Shown: positions 53,760-64,000 of the stretch, piece after piece
Layout of the letters: each line of letters opens with the position of its first letter
Numbering within the stretch: position 1 is the first letter of the stretch
From: Geosiphon pyriformis uo1
Lineage: Eukaryota; Fungi; Glomeromycota
NCBI GenBank assembly: GCA_016748015.1
Contig: JAAOMT010000727.1
Location: 96,203 to 160,202, forward strand
Direction of reading: 5' to 3'
DNA length: 64,000 nt
Position numbers and translations under genes: made by a program
Notes under the pieces: model-generated
The model's database searches: none
What the model saw: the letters and a program-made list of their open reading frames with translations, nothing else
What the model was told of the DNA's origin: nothing

Positions 53760-54130
53760 TGCAATGTACACCAATGCCAAAACTAATGACCATCTTATTA
53801 AGTTAATCTTAGACAGTAAGTTAGCAGACAGCATTATTACCTAACAACTTATAAACCAATTAGGTTGCTGAGTTGATCACACTGTCAGCACTAAAATTAT
53901 TACCACTTATAGAGTAATAAAAACTCCAATTGACAAAATCAATAACTTCCTATTTGAAGTCAACAGCATCACCATACTCATCAAGATATTAGTCATAGAA
54001 GCCACCCAATACCAAGTTCTTATTGGTAATAATTGGTTGTCTAAGACCAATGCTATTCTTGACTAGAACATACAAAAGTTCTAATTAAAATTTGATGACC
54101 AGCATATTCATGCACCTGCCATTTGCAGTT
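53760..54130 (+). pseudogene. Aspartic protease domain
   Basis: LILDSKLADSII (from DSGS), ...YQVLIGNNWL. Confidence 0.8.
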
Positions 54131-55279
54131 ACTTTAAAGTTTCTTAAGGAAAACAACCATTGATTGAGCTAAAAAAAAAAAAAAAACCTATCTGGAAAGC
54201 CTATCAAATTTTGTGGGCCAATAAAGATCACAACAAATTGCCACCAATACTCTTATGAGACAACAAAAAAAAAAGAAAAGAAAAAGATGTACTTAAAAAA
54301 ACAATGACCACCAAAAAACTAAATAGCAGTTAAAGAGAATCCTACTCTACTAATATTAGACCAAAACCATCTTATATACTTTTTTGATATAAAAACTGCA
54401 AAAGAAGCTGTCTTTTATGGAAGCTTGGGTTATGTTCAACAAAGATTACTGGATGTAAACTTATTATTATTACAAATTTTGCCATTGCAAAAACTATGAT
54501 TATCTTAAATGTCAAGGCAAATAGAACAATAAACTCTGTCTCACTTGTGGTAAACAATTATTTGGCAAAAGAATATGGAATAACATTTTTGGTTAAGAAA
54601 AAATGTGTAATGCTTTGTGCCAGTACACAATCCTCATAAGCAACTGGGTAAGTTATAGAACCCCAATAAATGCAGCCTAGCATTGAACAATTTCTTATTT
54701 AGATAGTTATATATATAACAAAGACAAAATTTAAAAAATGGCCAATACCAAGATAAAAAGTGCTTTGCCCAAAGAGATCTTAAAAATAAAGAACAATTTA
54801 CCAGAACTAGTTGAAGTCATTTTCATTCTCAATCCTGATGTATTTTTAGATATTAAGACAGGCTCAAAGAAATTCCATGAATACTACCAGAATTTAGCAC
54901 CTATTCAAGAAAAACAAGAGTAATGTTTAGAAGAAATAAACACTTAACTATGTAATCACTGTTTGATTTTATGTGACTTTTAATATTTTAATAAGTATGA
55001 CCTTATTTACAATTTATTATCACATATGATCTACATAATCCCAAAAGAAAAAAAACCAATCAGCAACTGCACATTAAAATTGGAATTACCATTCAATTCT
55101 GATTCAAACTCTTACAATAATAACTTTGACAATGATGACAATAACAATAGTTCTAGCTCTGTTCAAAATAGCAATAACAACAATGATAATTCTAATTTCA
55201 ATTCAAACTTCAAATAATATATCATGCTCTTTAATCTTTCTAAGAAGCAAGAACTCAAATAGTTTAGTGATAATAATAT

Positions 55280-55690
55280 AAGTATTATATTAAAACATGC
55301 ACATGATACCAATACAGGTTTTGTTTTAAGATATCCAAGAAAAGAAGCCATCAAATTAAAACCACATTCATGCATCTGTATTGATTTGAAAATAGCACTG
55401 GAAATCACAGCAACAACAATGGTTCAACTAGTGTCTAGATCTAATTTAGCAAAGAAAGAAATTAATATCAGAGGAGAAATAATTAACACAAGATATGTGA
55501 GAAATATTATTGCAATGCTACAAAATAATTCAAAAAAGACCTATATTATAAAGCCAAATAAAAGGATAGCACAAACAATATTTTTGCTTTTGGTTAAAGT
55601 AGCTCAATTAATATTAGTGAGAAACAAGAAAGAATTAGAGATTACAGTTAAAAGAATTAGTGAATCCAGATTCACAGATAGAATAGACAT
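55280..55690 (+). pseudogene. dUTPase domain inside pol
   Basis: Five trimeric dUTPase motifs in order, altered mostly by transitions: TGFVL (AGFDL), SRSNLAKK, GEIINTRYVR (GIIDxGYxG), RIAQTIF, and a motif-5 remnant. Confidence 0.85.
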
Positions 55691-56149
55691 ACCAGTTAAT
55701 ATGGCAGAAGAAAAAGTTATTGACAAGAAAAAAATTATTTCCACCCATCAATTAATTTCCATTTCTTTATATAACCAGTACATATTAGTCATAGAAAGAA
55801 AAGTGAAAAATTAGGCTCAAATTTTTAAGCAAAAGCTGCCATTTGTAAATCAGGAGAGATTGGACTTACCAATCTGTATATACCAGCCAAAAGCCCCAAA
55901 TACATTAAAATTCTCATCTACAATACAACAGAAGATGTTATAAAAATACTAAGTGAAACCATTATTAGATATTTATGTAGTGGAGTTGAAGACCAATTAC
56001 TAAACACTATTTCAGATTTTTCACAATTGTGTAGATATGTGGACATTACATTACAAACAATTTATGGATGAGAAGAATGTTATTTGCTCCAGCCAGAACA
56101 ATTAGAACAAATTAACTTGGGAAATCTAGATCTATTTTAAGAAATGCAA

Positions 56150-57500
56150 CTCAAGATGTTACTAAACAATTTCAATGACATCTTTGTCAGTAAAAATGAA
56201 TTTGGCAGAACTAATATCATTCAATATCAGATCAAGACTGGAGATACAATGCCAATTAAACAAAGAACATATTAAGTACCACTAGCCAGTTATAAAATTA
56301 TCCAACAGAAGATCAACTGAATGTTAAACAATAGATTAATTCAACTATCAATGAGTTTATGATTGTCATCAGTAATACTAGTCCATAAAAAAAATGGAAA
56401 GATCTGCTTTTGTGTAGATTACTAAAGACTCAATAGAGTTACTTATAGAGACAGTTATCCAACTCCACAAATTCAAGAACTATTTGATGCTTTTAGAGAA
56501 AAAAAATAGTTTTTAACACTAAATTTAAATAGTGGTTATTGACAAGTAGCCATGAATTTAGCTAATAAAGAAAAAACTGCATTCACTACCAAAGAAAAAA
56601 ATTTTAAATTTGAAGTAATGCCATTTGGCTTAATAAATGCCCCAGCCATATTCCAGTAACTAATGAAAATTGTCTATACTAAATTGTTATAAAAATCAGT
56701 AGTAGTCTACTTGAACAACACCAATGTATTTTTAAAGACATTTAATGATCATCTACATCATCTCCAGCAAGTATTTGAAAGATTAAAAAGAGCAAAATTA
56801 AAGTTGAATGCCACTAAGTGTTTTTTTGGCAAAACAAAACTGAAATTTTTGGAGCATATTATAAACAAAGATGACATCAAGACAGATTCAGATAAGATTA
56901 AGATAGTCAAAAACTTTTTAGCACCCACTAACTTGACCAAATTACAAGTATTTTTGGGATTTGCAAACTACTATTGCTGCTTCATTAAAAACTTTTTCAA
57001 ATTAATGTAACCACTGCATTATTTTCAAATCAAGAATATTAAATATAAATAGACTAAAGCTCAACAAAAAGCTTTTGATATACTAAGAAGAAAGTTCATC
57101 CAAGTACCAGTGCTGATTTATTCAGATCACAACAAACTATTTATTATTATTACAGATACATCAGGTCAAGTGTTAGGAGCAGTACTATCTCAGAGAGAAC
57201 TGGATAAAAAAGAACACCCAATAGCATATACTAATTGCAGCTTAAGTTCAGCTGAAAAAAACTATAGAACTCTAGCATTAGAATACTTAGCAATCTATTA
57301 GACAGTTATGAAATAAAAAGAATATTTAAGCCAGAAATTCAACATATACACTGATTATAAAAAATTAACTTTAATCCAGAAGCAAAAATTTAGAAATGAT
57401 TGCTATACAAGATAGAAAATAGAACTTTTACCATTTTTTTATATTGTACATTACAAAAAAAGAAAAAAAAATGGAAATGCTAACAGTTTGTTACAAATAA
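56150..57500 (+). pseudogene. pol: Reverse transcriptase and RNase H of Gypsy D
   Basis: FCVDY.RLN, KTAFTT, MPFGLINAPA, YLNN (from YLDD), FLGFANYY, TDTSGQVLGAVLSQ. Confidence 0.92.
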
Positions 57501-57699
57501 AACAAATCTAAAAACATTTCAACCAAAAAATATAATAAAAAGATAAATACACAAAAATATTAACAATTCTAACACTATATTAATATCTAGCAGTTCAAGA
57601 AAAAATTATCTTCAAAAAAACAAAACCATATAAAACAACAATCAAAACATTTTATTACTTACCAGAATATATTATATTGAAAAAACAAAAAAAATCTAG

Positions 57700-58800
57700 A
57701 ACAACTACTCAGAGTAATTGCAGAACCAAAGAAAGAAACAATATTATATAACATGCATTCAGATTCAACAACAGAACATTTTCATAAAGAAGCAATAATA
57801 GAAAGAACCAGAAAAAAATACTACTGGCCATCAATGTATTCAGACATTATACAATATGTTCAAAATTGTGATGTTTGTCAAAAAAAAAAAGAAACAAAAC
57901 CTAGTGAATCACTAAGACCAATTAAAGTAAGACAACTATCAACTAAATTGGAATTAACTTAGTTAAACTATTAACAATTACCAGCAAAGGCAACAAATAT
58001 ATTGCAATAGCCATAGATTATCTTACAAAATGGCCAAAAGCAAAAGCAATTCAAAGAGCAGATGCAGAATCTATAGCCAAATTCATTCATCAAGATCTAA
58101 TTTGTCAACCTGAATGTTCAAAAAAATTTTTATCAGATCAAGAAACTCATTTTGTAAACAGAACACTAATAGAATTAAGTCAAAGATTTGGAATCAAAAG
58201 ACTGCTATCATTATCATACCATCCATAAACAAATAGTTTAGTTGAAAAGTTCAACAGAACATTGTGTGAAGCAATTGCCAAGATCAGCCAAAAAAACCAA
58301 AATGAATAGAATTTGTGTATATCAGCAATATTATTTGCTTATCAAACAATAAAGCAAGATACCACTCAAGTGACACTATTTGAATTAGTATATAGTAGAA
58401 CTGCAATATTACCAGTTAAAATAAAAATCAACACATATTTAACAAAACCAATAACAAAAGACAATTTCCAAGAAACATTGTTAAGAAAAATATATGACTT
58501 AATGGAAACTTTAGAAAACAAACAACAAAAAACAGCTAATAATATTCAAAAGTTACAAGAAAAACAAAAAAAATGGCATAATAACCAATTACTAAACAAA
58601 TCAATTGGATTCAAAATTGGAGACAAAGTACTTCTACATTGTACCAAAGCAGAAAAACAATAGAGTAGAAAGTTCGACTTCAAATAGAACAGACCATTTC
58701 ACATTGAAAAAATTTTGGGAAATGGAGCATACAAGCTAAGATGAGACAACAAAATTTTAACTAAAACACCACATGGTAATCGACTAAAATTTTATTACCA
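57700..58800 (+). pseudogene. Integrase (HHCC, DDE core, GPF-like C-terminus); no chromodomain recognised
   Basis: H...H...YYWP...CDVCQ; DYLTKWP; SDQETHF; YHPxTNxLVEKFNRTL; FKIGDKVL. Confidence 0.9.
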
Positions 58801-58939
58801 CATATCATTATTTATCAATAATATTTCACAACTAGAAGTACAAAAAATACTAGTGAGACCAGATAAAATTCCACAAGATCTGAAATTAATCATACAAATT
58901 AAAACAAAACATGTTGATCTGATTTACCAAAACAATATA

Positions 58940-59620
58940 TAAGAGACCAAAGCATAGAACAATAACAAAAAACAGAAAAATAGAAATTTCAGACCACATT
59001 TACCAACTAGCACAACAATTATTTTAGGCCATAAATTAACAACAAACAGACATGGAAATAACAATCAATTATTAAATTATCTGTTATAAAAACACTAAAA
59101 AAGAAAGGAAAAAAACTACATCATATCAATAAACACATAAAGAAATTAGCAATAATATTAACAAAATTGTTGAGAAGGTAAAAAGCACTCTTGAAAAACC
59201 AACTGTTATTGTTTAATTAGGAGAGATAACAACAGAAAATTGGAATTACTGAATAAAACAATTTTCAGTCTTATATTGCTATTGGCATCTAAGACAAAAA
59301 TTAATGATCCAGAACTTGTATACAGATTAAACTAAAAGAGTCTTTGATCAAAAGATTATACAAAAAATAGAAAACTTTATTGAAAAGAAATCTAATTCGG
59401 ATATATATATCAAAATTATATACCAAATATATACTATCTTTCAAGACTATCCAAAGATACTATTACAACCAGAAATCTATTAATTAATAAGAAAAAATAA
59501 CCAACAGCCAGTTTAATGAACTTTATAAAAAAATAGATAAAATAATCTTAAAAAAAGAAATTATATAATTATTACAAAAAAAAATATTAGAAGATTTTAA
59601 CAGAACTCAATATTAAAAAA
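58940..59620 (+). pseudogene. Putative ORF3 after integrase (about 200 aa, function unknown)
   Basis: Frame DHIY..QQLFQAINQQQ.D.E..IN.Q.ICY.NTK is conserved at ~4020-4690 (+) and ~49100-49790 (-). The stops are CAA/CAG/CGA-type transitions. Confidence 0.6.
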
Positions 59621-59629
59621 AGAAAATAA

Positions 59630-60554
59630 TGTTATATTTAGAAAAAAAAAAATAATACTTAATCAGAAAAAGAGAAAAACACATGACTATAAATTAGCCA
59701 ATTAAAATAAGGGAAAAAAAAATTTTTCAGAAAATCCTGGATGTTTCAGAAAATCCAAAATATTTTAGAAAAGTTGAAAATTTTTCAGAAAATCCTGGAT
59801 GTTTTAGAAAATAAAGGATTTTGAAAAAATCTAGCAAAAAAAAAAAATTTCTTGTGTAAAAAGAATTATGTATATATAGCAGTAGCATTAGAAGCAAAAA
59901 AAGCATCCATTCCAGAATAAAAATTTCTATTTCTACCTATTTATTAATTATTTCAAGAATAATTACTATTAACAGAAATGAAATTATTAAATATTAAATA
60001 AAATATACTTATTATTATTCAATCCATATTATTGTTATTTGTTTGAAAATTTAATTACTATTCTTTTTATCAACACTCCATGTTGATAAAATCCAATACT
60101 TAATTACACTAGAACAATAGCTCTTGATTACAGCTATTGATGGGATATTAATCTTTAATTGTTTTGGCTTATTTTCTTATTTTTTCTTAATTTTTTTTAT
60201 TTTTTTTATTTTGTTTTCTTTGTTGTTCTACTAATTAATTAAGGATTAAATGCTGGATTATTGACATTAAAGATTGCCTGGTAAAAGACCCCTGTAAATA
60301 GATAAAACACATAAGAAATATGGATTGCTTATTAGAGGAGTACTGGTCACCAAGCTAAGAAAGAAAATGGACAGAATTGTAATTCTGAGAAGCTATGAAT
60401 AAACACTACTTGAATCTCTGTTTATTATACAAAGAACTCAACCAAAATCTTCAAATTTATTAAAACCTTTAGATATTACCAATCATATAGGCTATTAAGC
60501 ACCAAGTTACAGGTTTGTTATTTGTTTTGAAATCCCAAATAATTAACTGTAACA
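59630..60554 (+). repeat. 3' LTR of Gypsy D
   Basis: TGTTA...TGTAACA, preceded by a purine tract at 59615-59629. Confidence 0.92.
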
Positions 60555-63500
60555 ATGGTATGGTGATAATAATAATCTTTTAATTCTAAATCTTTGACTT
60601 AATTCTGTTGGTGTTTTGTTTGCAAAGTAAGTTTCTTGATCTGATAATAATTTTTTTGAACATCTGTATTGACAAATTAAATCTTAATAAACAAATTCAG
60701 CTACAAATTTTGCTTCTGTTCTTTGAATTGCTTTCACTTTTGGCCATTTAGTGAGATAATTTATGGCTACTGTTATATAATAATTGTCTCTACTGATTAT
60801 TGTTAATGGTCTAATTAAGTCAATTTCAATTTGATCAAATAATTATCTTATTCTAATTAGTTTTAGTAGTTCACTGAATCTTGTTTCTTCTCTTTTCTAA
60901 CAAGCATCACAATTTTGCACATATTAAATAATGTCTGAATATATTAATGGCCAATAATATTTTTTTTTGGTTCTTTCCATAGTTGCTTTTCTATAAAAAT
61001 GTTCTGCTGTTAGATCTGAGTACATGTTGTATAGTATTGTTTTTTTTTTTGGTTCTGTAATTACTCTAAATAATTGGTTTGAATTCTTTCTGTTTTTCTA
61101 ATATGGTATATTTAGGTAAGTAATAAAATATTTTAATTGTTGTTTAATATTGGTTTGTTCTTTTTGAGATAATTTTTCCTTAAACTATTGAGTATTAATA
61201 TAATATTAGAGTTGTAAATATTTTTGTGTGTTCATCTTTTGTTATATTTTTGGGTTGAAATATTTTTAGAATTGTTTTATTTATAACAAATTATTAGCAT
61301 TTTTATTTTCTTTTTTTTTATAATGTACTGTATAATTAAATGGTAAAAGTTTTATTTTTTATCTTGTATAGCAGTTATCTTCAAATTTTTGTTTCTGGAT
61401 TAATGTCAATTTTTTGTAATTAGTGTATATATCAAACTTTTAACTCAAGTATTTTTTCTATATAATAACAGCCCAATAGATAGCCAAATGTTCTAATGCT
61501 AAAATTTCATAGTTCTTTTCAGCTAGACTTAAGTTTTAACTAGTGTATACTACTAAGTGTTTTCTTTTATCTGGTTTTTTTTGAGATAATACAGCTTCCA
61601 ATGCTTGATCTGATGCATTAATAGTAATAATAAATAGCTTGCTATAATCTAAATAGATCAGTACTGAAGCTTAAATAAGCTTTCTTCTTAAAATATCAAA
61701 AGCTTTTTGTTAGATTTCTATCCATTCATATTTCACATTTTTGGTTTAAAGCTAATGAAATAATTAAGCCAATTTGGAGAAGTTTTGAATAAAATGGCAA
61801 TAGTATCTAATAAATTCCAAGAATGCTCTTAATTCTGTAAGATTTGTTGGTACTAAAAAGTTTTTGACAATTTCAATCTTGTCTAAATTTGTCTTAATAT
61901 TATTTTTGCTTATAACATGTTTCAAAAACTTTAGTTTTGTTTTACTAAAAAAGCATTTGGTTGTATTCAATTTTAATCTGGCTTTTCTTAATCTTTTGAA
62001 TACTTGTTAAAAATAATAAAAATGGTTGTCAAATATTTTGGAAAATATATTGGTGTTATCCAAGTAGACTACTATTGATTTCTATAGTAGTCTAATGTAA
62101 ATAATTTTCATAAGCCATTAAAAAATGGCTGATATATTTATTAAGCTAAATGGTATAATATTAAATTCAAAATTTTTTTTTTGTGTAGTAAATGCTGTTT
62201 TCTTTTTGTTGGCTGAATTCATGACTACTTGTCAGTAATTACTATCCAAATCTAATATGGAAAACCATTTTTTTCCTTCAAAAGCATCAAATAATTTTTA
62301 GATTTGTAAAGTTAGATAGCTATTTTTATGAGTAATACTATTGAGTTTTCTGTAATTCACACAAAAATAAATCTTTTCATTCTTCTTCTGGACTAGTACT
62401 ACTGATAATAATTATAGATTCATTGATAATTGAATTAATCTGTTGTCCAATATTCTGTTAATTTCTTGTTAGATGATCTTATGGCTTGCTAGTAGTACTT
62501 AGTATGCTCATTGTTTAATTGGCATAACATCTTCAGTTTTGATCTGGTATTGGATAATATCAGTTCTGCCAAATTTATTTTTATTCACAAAGATATTGGT
62601 AAAATTATTGAGTAACATTTTAAGCTATATGTGTTGAAATGAGTTTAAGTTTTCCAAATTCATTTGGTTTAATTGTTTTGATTGAAACAAATAACATTTC
62701 TCTTATTTGTATATAGTTTGTAATATGATATCTACATATTTGCACAGTTGTAAAAAATTTGAAATGATGTTTGGTGGTTGGTTTTTAACTTCAATGCTTA
62801 AGTATTTGATAATAATTTCATTTGGTATTTTAATAATGTCTCCAGTTATGTTGTAAATGGAAATTTTAATGTGTTTATAGTTCTTGGCTAATATGTAAAG
62901 ATTGGTAATTCCAATCTTTCTTGATTCACAAATTGTAAGTTCTGCTTCAAAAATCTGAGACTAATTTCTTACTTTTTTTTCTATTATTAACATGTATTGG
63001 TTATATGGCAGAATAGAAACTGATTGATAGGTAAAGATAATTTTTCTCTTATCAATGGTTTTTTTTTTGCCATATTAACTGATATATCTATTCTACTCAT
63101 TGATCTAAATTTATTTTTCTTTTTGGTTGTGATCCCTAATTTTTTTCTTGTTTTTACTGGCACTAAAGAAGCTATTTTTATCAAAGGTAAAAATATTTTC
63201 TATGTTATTTTTTTATTTGGTTTAATTATTTATGGTTTTTTTGATTTATTTTGTAGTATTACAATAATATTTTTTATGTATTCTGTGTTAATTATTCTTC
63301 TTCTAATGTTGATTTTTTTCTTTGTTAAACTAGATCTAGATATTAATTGAACCATTGTTGTTGCTAGAATTTCCAGTACTATTTTTAGATTAATGCTAAT
63401 ATGTAAATATGGTTCCAATTTGATTGCTATTTTTGATATTTGAAATCAAACTCTGTATTAGTATTATGTATACATTCTGACATAATATTTTTCTTATTAT

Positions 63501-64000
63501 TACTAAACCATTTTAGTTTTTGCTTCATCAACAAATCTAAGAGTGCAATATATTTTTTGGGATTATAAACAGAATTTGAATTGTTATTGTTGTTGTCATA
63601 ATAAATAGAATTGGAATTATTATTGTTATTATTATCAAAGTCTGAATTGGGATTGAATTTTGATTCTGATTTCACTGTGTATTCACTGGTTGGTTTTTTC
63701 TCTTTGGAAATCAAATAGATTATATGTGGTAGTAGATTGTAAATAAGATTACAATTATCACAATATTTGAAGTCACTGAAAATTAAGCAATGTTTATACA
63801 GTCTTGTATTAAGCTGCTCCAAATACTGCTTTTGTTTTTCTCTAGTTAATGTTAGATTTTGATAATGTTTGTAGAATTGTTCTAAATTGTTTTTAATATC
63901 ATTAAAGACATTGAAAGTTAGAACATATTTGGGTTCAAAAAAAGATAGTGAGTTGTTTTTAATTTTCAGTAATTCACTAGATGTAGCATCTTCAACTTTG
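60555..64000 (-). mobile_element. Ty3/Gypsy element C, pol (Cys-rich region, dUTPase ~63090-63490, RT, RH, N-terminal half of integrase), continuing off the right edge
   Basis: Reverse complement is colinear with 54740-58220 and joins 50510 once element D is removed. Confidence 0.88.

Larger units (their letters stand above)
50511..60554 (+). mobile_element. Ty3/Gypsy element D, structurally complete (10.0 kb) but mutated
   Basis: Paired LTRs, PBS, PPT, domain order PR-RT-RH-IN, 4-bp TSD ATAA/ATGG. Confidence 0.93.

Noticed and set aside
55110-55210. Asn-rich, prion-like or microsatellite tract
   Set aside because: Better explained as an acidic linker whose GAY codons were converted to AAY.
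55386-55814. Host dUTPase gene
   Set aside because: Lies inside pol between paired LTRs, is repeated in a second copy, and is mutated like the element.
1-64000. Prokaryotic RT systems (retron, DGR, group II intron), tRNA or rRNA genes
   Set aside because: All RTs are LINE or Gypsy type, the gene has spliceosomal introns, and no structural RNA was recognised.

Overview
This is eukaryotic, very AT-rich DNA, inferred to be fungal and most like Glomeromycotina/Mucoromycota. It consists almost entirely of nested, hypermutated retrotransposons plus one intact host gene. Contents: (i) Four near-full-length LINEs (ORF1 RRM-like+CCHC; ORF2 APE-RT-RNase H-CCHC), truncated LINE pieces, and an older LINE split by later insertions. 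(ii) Four Ty3/Gypsy copies. One is complete (50511-60554, LTR-gag-PR-Cys-rich-dUTPase-RT-RH-IN-ORF3-LTR) and sits inside the integrase of an antiparallel relative. There are also two solo LTRs with 4-bp target-site duplications (TSDs). (iii) A 2.3-kb ORF1-only non-autonomous element (32722-35034) with a LINE-type 5' end, LINE 3' UTR, poly(A) and a perfect 16-bp TSD. It resembles HAL1 and is the best candidate for an undescribed system here. (iv) A 3-exon, 573-aa coiled-coil + PD-(D/E)xK nuclease-like + kinase gene of Crinkler type (35560-37529, minus). All long repeats show heavy C>T/G>A mutation in many dinucleotide contexts, while the gene and a 43-bp LINE stub keep their CpGs. An assembly gap lies at 3241-3650. 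All domain calls are by eye; no searches were run.
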